Assembly (NCBI GenBank): GCA_973895155.1
Contig: OZ316895.1
Coordinates: 16,410,170-16,474,169, forward strand
From: Marsupella aquatica
Lineage: Eukaryota > Plantae > Marchantiophyta
DNA: 64,000 nt
Direction of reading: 5' to 3'
Below, piece by piece: positions 26,128 to 40,288 of the stretch. Numbering within the stretch: position 1 is the first letter of the stretch; each line of letters opens with the position of its first letter. The notes below the pieces were generated by a model. The model worked only from the letters and a program-made list of their open reading frames with translations, did not search any database and was not told the DNA's origin. The translations under genes were made by a program, and so were the position numbers.

Positions 26128-26532
26128 GGTCAAGCGATGATCAGAATGCTTGGCCAACGGCCGAAACGTACTCAACCAGTCTCATTCATCGAGGAAATCC
26201 GGAGCAGTCAGGGGTGCAGTGAACGTTGAGCATGACGCCACAGTTTCAACTCCTCTGAAAGACAAGTCGAGCACAGAATTGAAGTCCGTTAGCGAAATAT
26301 GGGTTCCAACGACAAACCATTCATCGTGTAGACTGCGCGAGAGGGCCATCCATCACTACACTCGCTGAGGATTGACTGAGCAAACTACCGCCACTAGATA
26401 GTTTCGGTGCAAAACCCTTGTCAAGCGCCTAGACGAAAATGTCATCAAGAAATCATGGAGAATCCACCTCGGACGAAAGCTCTCGTCCTATATCATCGAT
26501 GAGATAAGGCATCGCACTCGATTCTCACGATA

Positions 26533-27712
26533 ACCACACCGCTTCCCCGACTCCAAATGTCATAAGGGAAGAAATGGAAAAATTCGTCTAATCGCTGCGA
26601 ACCAGCTCACTCATCAGGCTCAAGCACGAGAAATGCTCCAGGCATCAATCCTATATTTCCTTCTCTGGCCTCCCGCTGTAAGTGTTTTGAACTGAGAGAG
26701 CAAGGGAAAGATCACATGTCTCTGACGAGAAGCAAAACGTCTATACAAGAGGAAGAAGCGTACCAGCATGTCAAGACGACAACACCGCTTCCCCGATTCC
26801 AAAATGTCGAGGGAAGAAGAAGTGGTAAAACCAACCGGAATTGCTCCTATCCCATCACGAGGCTCTACCCAGCTCAAGAAGCTCGATCAACAGTGAGCAA
26901 ATCCTCGAGGCTCCGATCCTGTGAACAAATTCAGGGCTCCACGAACCAAGCAAATTGCTCCTGTATTCAAACTCACGAGGCTCTATCAAGCTCACGAAGC
27001 TCAATCAACAGTGAGAAAATCCCTCGAGTCACCGATCGTGTGAACGCATTCAGAGGATCGAGAAACCATCAGAAGCAAAGGCGCTCGAACCGGAATGGAA
27101 TTGCTCCTATCCAACTCACGAGGCTCTATCCAGCCCAAAAAGCTCAAAAAGCTCAAAAAGCTCAAAAAGCTCAAAAAGCTCGATGAACAGTGAGCTAATC
27201 CTCGAGGAACCGATCCTGTGAACACATTCAGGGGCTCGACGAACCAAGCAAGAAAAGAGGAGGACAAGGCGACAGCAAATTGCTCCTGTATCCACACTCA
27301 CAAGGCTATGTCAAGCTCGCGAAGCTCAATCAACAGTGAGAAGAGCCCTCGAGTCACCGATATTGTGAAAGCATTCAGGGGATAGAGAAACCATCAGACG
27401 AAAAGGGGCTCCAAAATGTCGAAGGAAGAAGAAGTAGGCAAATCAACCGGAATGGAATTACTCCTATCCAACTCACGAGGCTCTATCCAGCTCAAAAAGC
27501 TCGATCAACAGTGAGCAAATCCTCGAGGAACCGATTCAGGGGCTCAACAAACCAAGCAAGAAAAGAGGTGGAAAAGGCGACAGCAAATTGCTCCTGTATC
27601 CAAACTCACAAGGCTATGTCAAGCTCGCGAAGCTCAATCAACAGTGAGAAGAGCCCTCGAATGACCGATCGCATGAAAGCATTCAGGGGATCGAGAAACC
27701 ATCAGAAGCAAA
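26533..27712. repeat. Higher-order repeat (three ~255-360-bp units, each of two related subunits) with (CAAAAAGCT)5
   Basis: Subunit B (ggaattgctcctatcc...acagtgagcaaatcctcgagg) at ~26833, 27088 and 27445. Subunit C (gcaaattgctcctgtat...gagaaaccatcaga) at ~26950, 27275 and 27583. 9-mer array at 27136-27180. Confidence 0.9.
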
Positions 27713-27851
27713 GGCGCGGCAAGGTTTGAAAGCATTCCTCGTTCTCAGAGTCGCCTTCTCCCCACCCCCGCGCAAAGGCGCCGTAAACCCCTCGTGTACT
27801 TTTTTCGTTGTATTTTTTTATGTGTGGTAATCAGCCATTACCGCAGCCTCC

Positions 27852-28190
27852 TAGGACTATGACATTGAGGAATTAGAAGCCCCCATGGACCACAAGGTTG
27901 GCCTTTGAAACCCACATGGACCACATTTCCCAAAATAGGACTATGAGATTGAGGAATTAGAAGCCCCCATGGACCAAGGTTGGCCTTTGAAACACACATG
28001 GACCACATTTCCCAAAATAGGACTATGAGATTTAGGAATTTTAAGCCCCCAAGGACACCACAAGCTAGGTTGACCTTGAAACCCACATGTACCACTTTTC
28101 CCAAGATAGGACTATGGGATTTAGGAATTTGAAGCCCCCATGGACCACAAGGTTGGTCTTTGAAACCCACATGGACCACATTTCCCAAAA
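27852..28190. repeat. Tandem repeat, ~85 bp x4
   Basis: taggactatg... starts at 27852, 27936, 28018 and 28107; units contain catggaccaca motifs. Partial copy near 28267-28287. Confidence 0.92.
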
Positions 28191-28712
28191 TTTGAGTTTA
28201 ATTGTAATAACTGGATTTTAGGCGCATTAAAGTATAGACCACCATGTTTGGATAGTATTAACTCACCCACATGGACCACATTTCCCAGTATGGTGAGGAA
28301 AGTATACACAAATCTATGTGAGCTTTTGATTTGAGCGTAGTTTGGTGGATCTTGTTTTTTAGTGTAGATTTAGACAAGCTCAATATCAGTGCCGGGAACA
28401 AAAGATATTCTTGTGAAAAAAATGACATTGCACAAAAGATGTCTTGAAAAAAAGTCCTGTAAAAGATGACATTGGAGCAGGGGAGGTGGAGCCCCATGAA
28501 GCCAGCACAGTATCTACCCTCCTCTTCATGACTCGTGTGAGATTTATCAGTGAGTCTAGCTTTTCAATTTAGTGCTAAGTGGGGCTTTAGTTCCTTTGCC
28601 TTTGTGTGAGACTCCCAGATTTGTTTGGCTCTTGATTTTCCAGGGGTTTCCCCTTGTTTTGTCCCCAATATATGGTCTCCTAAACATTGTCATTCTTATT
28701 CTTATCTTATTA

Positions 28713-28920
28713 TAAAAGTGCAAACTAAGTTTACTCTTAAGGGCCTAGGGTATAGAGTGAAGCCTCTAGACCTTAATACAAACAAAAGTGATTATGAATC
28801 TCAATTAAAAAAAATTTGAAATTATTTTAATTCCAAATAAAGACAACACTAAAATGTAGGTGAACAAAAACAAGGATGATGCAAAGATTAAGGAAAATAG
28901 CACAGAAGTTTTATTATACA
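28713..28920 (+). repeat. Dispersed repeat family B, copy 2
   Basis: Aligns by eye with 10485-10712 in the same orientation. Confidence 0.8.
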
Positions 28921-29550
28921 ATATTATTTTTCTTCATGTCTATTTACTTACTTTCAAGGAAAGGGTAATTGGGCCAGTCATTTTATTACTATTTTGTCAC
29001 TTTTCTTGGAAGGTTTTTTGTAGCTTTGTGGTGGGGGCCCGAAAATGCATTTCTCCAAAATATAGTGTACAATGGTAAAGAGAAGGCATTTGCAACAATT
29101 CACCTTTTGTGTGACCAAGCCTCTTTGGTCACTGGCGTGGTTAAATTTAAGTTCAAAAGAATACGTAAGAGGCTAGTCCATAATTATGGTGGAAGGAAAG
29201 ACTCGTTCCCTACGCAGCAACCTTTCGACTGCGCAGAGTATGTCTGCGAAGTTTCCTGTGAAACCCGAAAGGCAACAAGGGCAAGGGCTGTCGAGTGTAT
29301 TCCGTTACGGCAAAATGCTCTGCTGCTGCTCATTTGCGGATGTTTCGTCATATAGGTAGGTCTTGCGAATTGTAATCGAAAAATTCGGGCAAGGGCCAAC
29401 TAGTGTAGTGTATGAGACATCATTGCTGTTTCCTGCATCTGGTGCGTTTTGTGTTGGCGCTTTGCGTAGATTGATGGACGAGGGTTTCATCCTTCCCTCC
29501 CTTCTCCGTTGCGAGTGGTAGCCTGGTACAGCACAGGGAATCCTGCTGCG

Positions 29551-32500
29551 ATGGAAGCTCTTCAATCGAGCTACGCGCAGTTCAGGAAGGCTAAGGTGGC
29601 AGAGTATGGACTCCCACCGCCGTCCGCACCGCTGCAAGGAGAATCGCTGGAAAAGGCAGTGGAGCAGAAGCTGGGAGCGTTGCCGGGGAAAGCAATTACG
29701 CTGACGGAGATTCAGCGGGACAAGCTCACGAGGATCGCAGAGGCGAACTGGTCCGTTGGCAGAAATGGTGGGGTGAAACCGGTTTTCAATGCAGAGCTGG
29801 TTGAGGACATTTACAAGACGGAGCTCACAGTAGAGAAGGGGAACAAGACGGTGCCCTTGCAAAGGGTGATGGTGCTGGAGATTAGTCAGTACTTAGAAAA
29901 CTATCTGTGGCCTAACTTTGATCCGGCCACAGCTTCCTTTGCACATGTCATGTCCATTATTTTGATGGTTAACGAAAAGGTGAGTAACACAGTGGCTCCT
30001 CTTCATGGCTGCATGTTGGATGGATGAGCATTTTTTTTCAACAACTGCGTTCTTGACACAAGGTCCGGGAATCGCAAGGACATGCAGAAATTTCACATAA
30101 CCGTTTCATTTTGTACCTTCTGTAATAAGACGATTTCCGAACCTTGCCTCACGAAAAATCGCAGTCTAAAGCAACATAGTTTATCCTTCTTTTGGTTTGG
30201 TTATCTCCGTTCAGAGCTGAGCATATGGTTTCTTTTTGGTTTGAGCCTCTGATGGTGCTCATTCAGTTCTGATTTCACTGGGGTATGGACCAGTTTCGTG
30301 AAAATGTGCCAGCTTGGAGGTGCTTTCATGACAAGGAAGAGATTTTCCCCTTGTTCTTCAAGCGGGTTCTCACTCTTAAGGAGGTATGCTCCATATGTCA
30401 TGTAATACGTTGGGTAGTTCTTTAAAGCTGAGCTAGATTAAGTCAAAGTAGAAAATGAATTTTTCTCAAGGTATCGCTTTGCATGACGCTCAGCCTTCTT
30501 CTTGGCAGGGCAAGCACGTGTTTACCATCAGGGAGAAAACAAATTATTTACTGTTTATGATCCATTGCTTCCAGGTAAAGTTCAATGACTGTTTGAATGG
30601 GTTTTTAGCAGAATGCAAACGAATACCGTTTGCAGACACTCTCACTGAGCAGTACAATTCTATCTTCTGAAGACTAGCGATACTCAGGCAACTCCCTTTC
30701 GGTTGGTTCTGACAACCGTCACGATGCAAAGGGACTAGGATAAGGGGTTTGGTTTAGGTTTTTTAACCCTAATATGTGTCTTATCATATTCTAGAGTTTG
30801 GAGGACGAGATGGTGAGACTACCAGTGCTGAAATTGTCGCATTTGAAGCTTTGGCATGCACTCTCATTTGGCCGACTTCAGGTACATCAGTTGTAATCAA
30901 TCCCTTGCAAATCGTTGAGCCGCTTCCTTGATATTTTTTCTCTGATTAATGACTCGTTAGGCATGGAATTTTTAATGCCCTTCCAACTGCGTTTGGTGCA
31001 CCCAGATCCTCGGCACAATTGGCGCTGTCTGTGGATTCTTTGCATTCTTAACTTGTACAGTTCATGGCTTGACTCAGTTAAGATGATTTAGCCAACTATG
31101 ATTTTCCCTTGCATGCTGAGATTTTAGCCCAATTTCTGGCGTGTATGTTGAAACGTCTTACCTCTTTGACCAAATCTCTGCGTGTTCTGTTATTCAGTTG
31201 GAATTTTTTGCTCATCCTCAAGTGCTCATACCATGGAAGAGGCTTCTTAAGAGAGAAGCAAAGGATGCAAAAAAAGCTGGTGGAAAATATAATCCCCAAG
31301 ATGAGCTGGAAGTGAGGTTTTTACCTTCCATGATAAAGGAGTTTCTTGAGGTAAGGATTCATTCTCTCTCTCGCTTTATCCAAAATTTCCATTTTGTAGT
31401 CTTTACATGTATACTGTAAAGTCAAACGTTCTCTGAGAACAACCGCAATGTGTTTGAGGCACTACTGAAATTTTCTGCCTCTGTCAGAGTATAGACATGC
31501 GATTTGACGACTATCTTTTGGTCCAGATACTGGAGTCTGCAGTTGTTGTCCAGAATGGAAATGAAGTTGATAGCAACGGTGATGAAGGGGCTGAAGTCGA
31601 TGGCTCATCATTGCTCTACTGTGAGCGCTTCGCAGAATTCTTGATTGACCTGCTTAGCCAACTCCCTACAAGGAGGTTTTTATCTGACCTCTTGGTCTGT
31701 GGTTTGCGAAGTGCATGCAATTACTGTTGATGCGTATTTTACATCTTGTCGATCACCATCGCACCAAACTTAGTTGGGCTAATCTTTGAAATCACCACTG
31801 TCACAATCGAGTTTGTTAATACCAGAAGTCACCGTATTTAGCATCATTTTCCTTCAATTGTAGAGGACGCTGGCATCGTATAGGAGGATGCTGACTGGAA
31901 TGTGAAGAAAGGGGAACCTTTGGAACACTGCCCCACTCATAGTGCCAGTGGTGGTGTAACCCTCTGAAGTAAATCAAGAAGGATGACCAAAGTTGGCGTT
32001 TTGCCTGCAGATTTATATGGGCTTTGATGGAAGACGCAGCAGTCGTCATCAAGTGCAGAATGAGTCCTCTCTATTCACATGCGCAGGGTCGTCTGTTTGC
32101 ACAGCTAGTTGATCTCCTTCGCTTCTATGAGGGGTTTGAAATTGATGAACAAACTGGGACACAGTTGACTGATGACGATGTCTTGCTAGCCCATAGTTCT
32201 CGGCTACAGGCTTTTCAGCTCCTTGTATTTAAGCAAGTCCCTAAGGTATGGCTCCAGAAAGGAGCTTGTTGTCGTTTAAGCATTGTAGGGTTTGATGATT
32301 GATAGCAGGAACTCGAGGGTAGATTTCATGTCAGCACTGAAATAAGTTTGCTTGCATCTGGTACCTTCTCTTTTGTCCACAGTATTGTTAAAGAAAGGAG
32401 GGACAACCTTATGAACAGCACCATTAGCGTTGTGAATGGAAACGTATATCTTATAAAATGACCTGCATTGCTGATCAGCTGCGGGAGGTAGCGTTGACCA

Positions 32501-35500
32501 ATATTGGTGCCATAGAGAGGAGGAACGACCTTGTTAAAAGACTCTCAGTTTTGTCAGTCGAGGAGGTTAAAGACTTGGTTTGTGAAAAGGTAAAGAAGTT
32601 ACTCAATCTCTGTACTTGTTGTTCTTGAGTTTGTCGAATGAATAAGGAGGGGCATTGGAATAGAAATGGGGGAGGGGAGGCATTTACGGTATTCAATTAG
32701 TTTTGAGTGCATGCCGCTTGCTCTTACTTTACGTCGTGGTTTTCTGAGCAGTTGAAGCTGGTACCACCGACCGATCCTTGGTCAAACAAAGTGGAGTTCC
32801 TAGTTGAAGTATTGGTAGCAACCTTTGAAAGGCGACAATCTCAGAGGCAGATAATCAATGCATTGCCTCTCTATCCCAATGAAAAGGTCATGTGGGACGA
32901 AAGTCTTGTGCCAAGCATAAACTATACTGGTGAAGGGTGCCTTGCGTTGCCCAAATTGAATCTCCAATTTCTCACCCTCCATGACTATCTTTTGCGAAAC
33001 TTCAATCTTTTTCGGTTGGAGTCTACGTATGAAATTAGAGAGGATATCCATGATGTTTTAAAGCGCATGGGGGCCTTCATGAATAGTGAAGGGGAGATCA
33101 AGTTTTCAGGTTGGGCAAGGATGGCAGTTCCCATCCAAGAGTTCAAAGTAGTGGAAGTAAAGCAGCCTAACATCGGAGAGTTGAAGCCCTCTGCTGTCCA
33201 TGCTGATGTAACTTTCAGTATAGGGACTTTTCGAGGAGAGAAAAGATCCGAGTGGGATGAACTGAAGGAGCATGACGTTCTTTTCCTCCTCACTATAGTT
33301 CCGCCATTGAAGGCACTTGACAGGGAGGAAGCAGTTAAATTGAGTGTACCCGACAGATATGGTCTGCAATGTGTGCGAGGATGTGAAGTGATTGAGATCC
33401 GTGATGAAGGCGGCACATTAATGAATGACTTCACAGGACGAATAAAAAGGGAGGAGTGGAAACCGCCTCAAGGAGAACTCAGAACAGCTCGGCTCGCTCT
33501 GGACAGTGCCCAATATCAGATTGATGTGGACGCCATAGCAGAGAACAAATCTGAAGATATCTATGGGTCATTTAATGTACTCATGAGGCGGAAGCCCAAA
33601 GAGAATAACTTCAAGGCAATTCTCGAGTCTATTAGAGATCTTATGAATGAAGACTGCATAGTTCCTGAGTGGCTCCATGACATTTTCTTGGGATATGGTG
33701 ACCCTGGCGCAGCACAATATCAGAACATGCCACAGCAGTTGGATGTAGTTGATTTCAAAGACACTTTTCTTGATTCCCAGCATTTGATAGAAAGCTTCCC
33801 ATCTAATGAGGTGCGATATTTTTGTTGAGTTTCATCGTGCTACTCATTTCTCCTTTTACATTCAATTTACTTGTTCTTTCTCCTGTATAGAATAACAATG
33901 GGCACATTTTGCTGTAGTTAAAGGATCAAGTATATAAATACTGACTGGAATGTCTGCAGGTCCTTTTCTTGACACTTGATGGGGAGCAAGACAAGGATCC
34001 TAGGCCTCCCTTCCGCGTAACACTGCCCAAAGCTTCTGAAACTGGAACAAAGAAGGCCGGTGCACGGAAGAGAAAAGGAGTTGATGAGCAAAGCGACAAT
34101 GCTCCTGAAATCAGTCTAGAGAAGCCGAAGATTCTTGTGGAGGCGTATGTGCCCCCTGATCCAGGTCCTTATCCTCAGGACCAACCTAAGAAAAATGCCG
34201 TCAGGTTTACGCCAGTGCAGGTAGATTACTTTCTTCTTGACTTCTTCTTCGGCTGTATGTATGATTGGCCTCTGGAATAGAACGATAAACCTTCTAGTAA
34301 GCTAAAATCAAGCGGGGTCTGTGTTGTTTTTTTTGGCGACATTTTCCAGGTTACTGCCACCATCATTCTTCCAAGAAAGTACTATAGCCCTTGCAAAGTA
34401 GCCACTTCTGTATCTTGAATTTTTCCTGCACCTCAATTCATATACTTCTGTTTTCTTTAGACTTTCTGTCCCCATGTCGAAACACGCTTAGCTTTGAAGC
34501 AAACTCAATTGAAAGCAGAAGTTCAAACAGCTTCTTGAGTTTCTCACATGCTGTCAGTTTCAGTTCTTCCCTGATTCTCTCTTTCAACGTTCGTGAGTGT
34601 ACTCTGTACTGAATTAGTATCGCTATCCTGGGTTCCTGACTCGATAATACAGGTTGGAGCGATCATTGCAGGAGTGCAGCCGGGATTGACAATGGTGGTT
34701 GGTCCTCCTGGTACTGGAAAGACAGATACAGCAGTACAAATTTTGAATGTTTTGTATCACAACTGCCCTACACAAAGGACATTGCTGATCACACATTCGA
34801 ATCAAGCCTTGAATGATCTCTTTGAGAAGATTATGCAGGTACTGTTGACTCTTTACAAGCCCTTAGTAAGGATCAACTTTTTCAAACAAACTATATCTGC
34901 TCAAAGCACGTTGTATAGCCCAGATTCTTGTATTTTTGGTCCAACTAAAATTTGTACTTCGTTCTGTTGTTGTGTTGCTCTGTAGCGCGATGTGCCTGCC
35001 CGGTATCTATTACGTCTTGGACAAGGGGAACAGCAGCTTGATACAGAACTTGAATTTAGTCGTCAAGGACGTGTGAATGCAATGCTCTCGAGGCGACTGG
35101 AGCTCCTGGCAGAAGTGGAAAGATTAGCCAAGACACTCAAGGTTCCAGAAGATGCTGCCTATACCTGTGAAACAGCTGCTCACTTCTGGCTGTTACATGT
35201 TTTCTCTAGATGGGAGGAGTTCATGGCTGCGTGTGAAAGTTCTCAAGGGGATGCAGCCATAGTGAAGGACAAATTCCCGTTCAGCGATTACTTCAAGGAT
35301 ACCCCGAATCCCATTTTTACCGGTACATCATATGCAAGCGATATGCGTTCTGCCACAGGGTGCTTTAGGCATCTGAAAACGATGTTTCAAGAACTGGAAG
35401 AGTGCCGTGCGTTTGAGTTACTAAAGTCAACAGCAGATAGAGCAAATTATCTTATGGCCAAACAAGCGAAGATTGTGGCCATGACTTGCACCCATGCTGC

Positions 35501-36904
35501 TCTTAAGAGGCGGGACTTTTTGAACCTTGGCTTTAAGTATGACAATCTTGTAATGGAGGAGAGCGCGCAGATATTAGAAATTGAAACATTCATCCCTATG
35601 TTGCTACAAAGACAGGAGGATGGTAGGGCTCGACTGAAGCGCTGTATATTGATCGGAGATCATCATCAGCTTCCCCCAGTTGTCAAGAACATGGCATTCC
35701 AGAAGTATAGTCACATGGATCAGAGTCTGTTTACAAGATTTGTTAGACTAGGTGTTCCATATGTGGAGCTAAACGCCCAGGGAAGAGCGAGACCCACTAT
35801 CGCAAGTCTTTACAACTGGAGATATAGGGAGTTGGGAGACTTACGGAATGTGCGTGAGGAGAAGATGTTCCAGCTAGCTAATACTGGATTTGCACATGAG
35901 TACCAACTGATCGATGTCCCGGACTTTGAGGGTAAAGGGGAGTCCGAGCCCAATCCATGGTTCTACCAGAATCTTGGAGAAGCTGAATATGTTGTGAGTG
36001 TGTTTCAATATATGCGACTCATTGGTTATCCTGCCCACAAAATATCTATTCTAAGTACCTATAATGGGCAAAAGCATCTCATACGAGATGTGATCGAACG
36101 ACGATGTGCAAACCACCCCCTCTTTGGACGGCCGAGCAAGGTACGACTTTAATAAGTTTTTCCAGGAGTCAAAGTATTGGTGATTGTCAAGCTTGTCTTT
36201 TGTTCTATCCTGCCATCCTTCCAATACGTCCTTATCTGTATTCCTGTTGACGAAATATGCAGGTTACTACCGTGGATAGATTTCAAGGTCAACAAAACGA
36301 CTACATCTTACTGTCTTTGGTCCGAACTCGAATGGTTGGACATCTCAGAGATGTTCGCAGGCTTGTGGTCGCAATGTCACGTGCACGCCTAGGGCTTTAT
36401 GTGTTTTGCAGACGTTCTCTCTTTGATCAATGCTATGAGCTGCAGCCCACTTTTCAGCAACTGCTGAAATTGCCTGACCGGCTAGCCATTGTAGTCGATG
36501 AGAATACATTTCCTACTCAGCGGCCTGTTCACGAGATCGGGCGAGCTCATCTTGTTAGTGGGCTACAAGAAATGGCGGCAGTAGTTGCGGGCAAGGTCAA
36601 CTATCAGGTATGGTACTTGCTGCTCCTCTGTTTTTGCTCTAATCATTAGAGAAGGGTTAATGTCCTTTTTGTTTTAATGTTAAAGAAATCCATAAACCCA
36701 AAAGTGCACATTTAGATGTTTTGCTTCCTAAATATTGTTCATTCTATCTTTGTTTGGGTCTTGCATGTATGCACAGCTCTTTGAGTTGGTCACGCTATTG
36801 ATGTTTGGTTCTGCTATGCACAGCTCTTGTGTTCTATTGACGTCTGTGACTGACTACTCCACTGATCGATTTGACAGGCCCACCAAGCGAGGCAGCTACT
36901 GTAG
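29551..36904 (+). CDS. AQR: Aquarius spliceosomal RNA helicase (SF1), ~14 exons
   Basis: VAEY N-terminus, [50 protein letters not shown], Walker [36 protein letters not shown] and VAMSRAR. Last exon predicted 36878-36904 (less certain). Confidence 0.96.
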
Positions 36905-39400
36905 CAAGGAGCGAGTCCTCTGAGGCGGCTGCAGATGCGGCATTTGTGGCACCTGACAGTAGAATCTGTAGTAGATGTGTGGGTATGGCCAATTGGGAGA
37001 TGTGAGAAACGGCCAAAGGAGCACCTTGTGGGGACATACCCGTGCTATCCTAACCTCTTGAAATTTTAACTTTAGGGGTTCCATCGCTAACGGGCTGAGT
37101 AATTAGAATATATTAAAGAATACCCAAGCGGTTGTTGTGGGTTGTGGGTTATATGACACAGGGACACCCTCTTGGGTGTTCGTTAACAGTAAGCAACAGA
37201 GGGAGATTGATTTGCACATTTTGCCCTGTGCTACACTGTCATCTTTCCCTGACAATTGCTGCTCCGTCTCCCGGCTTCGACGATGGGTATATTGGATGGC
37301 ATTTGTGGCTTCCACCTCCCGCAGAAACCATCTATTGCAATTTTTATCCGTGCAATAGGGGTGTGTGCGGTTTGTACTTTACACAATTTGAGAAAGCAGA
37401 ACACCCCGGCCTGGGTGTGATGATGGCCCATTACGCACATTAGCTGCAGAACCGTCACAACAAAAACAAAGCAATTTCGGGGATGTCCCATTCAGCTCTA
37501 GAACTGTTACTACAGAAACAATGTAGAGAACTGTCATGACGAGAACAAAAAGTTATTTCAGGTACAAAACTAACCAGTTATCCCATCACACAATGAGGGT
37601 CGTTGGGTGGTTTTTCTGTCGCTTTTCTCCACTGTCTCTTGGGTCTGTAATATTTGCTGGCGTTTGTGTCAAAAGCGGGTGTTTAATTCCATTCACGAGT
37701 GCAATGTCAAATTTGGAATCCTTTTCACCTCCCTTCAATATTATATTTAAAGGCTAGAAACTAAAGAGTCATTAATGAGTTTGACCATAAGAGTGACCCA
37801 CCATAAGAGTGTCTGGAGCATGTGGGTTGAGTGATCTCCCTTCTATTTTACTAGATCAGAGCCAATGGCACGGGACTAACCAGGTCCATTTGAAAATTCT
37901 AGAATATACAGAGAGTTACTAGCTCAAGCTGATGGCGTGGATGTACAATGCTATCCAAACCCTTGAGTGACCCAATCATAATTTGAGACACTAAACTCAT
38001 ACTCCTCTACCCCAATAGGTTTGGCCAATATGATCTAAAGGTTTCAACTAGCCAGTCACCACTTGCACACAAGACTAAACTTGTGTCCAATATCATGTGA
38101 CTATTTACTCATCCTTCACATTGCTACCAATCAAAACACTACTTACATTATAGAATTGTGATGGCAAATCCTAGCTGCTGACTAGGTTTGGTTCCAAACC
38201 AAGATGGCTTCCTGGAAAATCCTAGTTGCCCATCATTCCAGGCAGACATATTTTACTATATAGGTGACACAGATTTCTTTGTCCCCTCAAAATGATCACT
38301 TTGCTAAGCAAATAAGTGTTAAATATGGGGTCCTGACAGGACCAAAAGGCCAGCCACCCAAGTCATGGAAGATCACTCCTCGAAGCAAATGATGCTTGAT
38401 TTAACATTAGACCTAAGATGGGCAAGGGCAAGCTCAACATGCTTTGCTCAGGTAGCATAGCAATAATCACAAAAGTCCTTCCCCAGAGTGATTTCCCCTT
38501 TCTCAAAAAGGAAAATCATGACAAGATTCATTTTGGATCATTTTGATGTCTATTGGATCAAAGTGAATTAATGTAATTTTTTACTTTTATTATATATGTT
38601 TTCTATGACACCTGGTTAATGTCATTGACTATAAATTTTTTGGATATACTATTATATTGACATTAGACATGTATTCAACTAATCTAACTGCAGTTACTAA
38701 CAAACTGGATATCAAACTAACAAACTAATAAACTGGATCAAACTAATCTAATTGCAGTCAAATATACTAACAAACTGGATATCAAATGGTTATATGACCC
38801 AATTTTGTGACGGTGATTGTTTCAGCCATAGACATCATTGCAAATTGAACCCAATCTCCCAGCCACTTGAGCTACACCAATAAGCACCTGAGCTGGTTGG
38901 CAAGAATTGTTTTATTGAGGGGGTTGGAAAGGAAGCCCACATAAACCACAACATTTCTTAAAAATTGCTTTGAGTCTAAATAGTGTATTTCCTTTGCATG
39001 AATTTTTTTCTTTTTGCATGAATTGTCATCTTTAGGTCTCAAAAGTTACTAGGAGATACTTGGTTCACCTCCTTGTTATCCAATGGTAATCCAACAAGTA
39101 GACTACTTGTGTGTTGGATTATCATTGGCTTGCCATTGTGAATGTCGTATTTGCTCAACACTCGTGGTTCTAGGCTGATCCCCTGGCCAACTGACCACGG
39201 GCTGCCTAGTGAACTCACTCCTCCATTGACGTTACAGAGGATGATTGTGCTACATTGCATACGAAGCTACTAGTGTGAACCCAGCTCCAGACACTGGATG
39301 TGGGAGGCTCCTACTAGGGCGCCTCAAACCTTAAGGGTTGCCTAGAAAGCTCCCTAGGCTGAAAGTGTGAGTTACAGACTGCAGGGTCACAAGGTGCCAG

Positions 39401-39528
39401 GACAAACTTTTGCAAACCACCACTTTATTGTCATAAGCGGTAGGACAAGCTTTTGCAAATCACCACTTTACTGTCACAAGTGCTAGGACAAGCTTTTGCA
39501 AACCACCACTTTACTGTCACAAGTGGTA
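39401..39528. repeat. Tandem repeat, ~42 bp x3
   Basis: gacaagcttttgcaaaccaccactttactgtcacaagtg repeated three times with substitutions. Confidence 0.9.
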
Positions 39529-40191
39529 GCGGATTGTAGTTAACAACTTTGACTACCTTGGGGAGAAAGTAGTCAAGACGTCGTGTTGATCCTTAGTATT
39601 AATGGCATGATGTCTTGATGTCTTTTAGGTTGAAGGTCATCAAGACATCAAGTTAACAAGGAAACCTTTTTTGATAATGTAATTCAAACCAACTAAAAAT
39701 GGTAAAGAAACCATTCACGGGTCACATTTGAGTCAAAAGTGTAACCAATGTTATCTGATTCAGCTTAAATGATCTTAGAAAGTCCATCTAAGCTATGCCA
39801 GTCCATCTGGGCTTCATAGACAAAGTGGGGATCCATCCGGGCTGTAGTTTCCTTCATGAACCCTCCTGTAACCATGCTTTTAATTTTAATGTTAACAAGA
39901 GATACTAAAAATAGCATTACCGTAGGGAACCCATGGATTGTAATCTTTCTCTGCTTAGTCACTATGTTGATGAAATAATGCTTTCCATGCAATTTTACAC
40001 CTGATTTTGGATGACTGTCTAAGCAATAACTCATGAAAGGTGACATGGGAGAAATCCAGGCCCATAGGAGAGATTAGGGCCATTGGATGGGGCAATTATC
40101 ATTCTTCCCTTCCATAGAAACTTGCTTCATGAAGCTAATGTTTTCCACTTTTTTTTTCCACTTTTTTTTGGAAGACTCTTGAGAGATGTAG

Positions 40192-40288
40192 GGTAACCCA
40201 TCCCCAAGAGGGGGTAATGGGCTGTAATCCCTGAGGGTGCCAAGCCTGAGGGGTTACAACCATTATCCCCAAGTGGGGATGAGCTACC
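40192..40288. repeat. Imperfect ~97-bp palindrome (MITE-like hairpin)
   Basis: Left arm ggtaacccatcccc...ggggtaatgg..tgtaatccct pairs with right arm aggggttaca.ccattatcccc...ggggatgagctacc. Confidence 0.75.

Noticed and set aside
26533-28290. Repeat arrays as CRISPR-like or coding (ORFs 26716-27186, 27838-28188)
   Set aside because: No unique spacers and no cas genes in a eukaryotic context; the ORFs are translations of the repeats.
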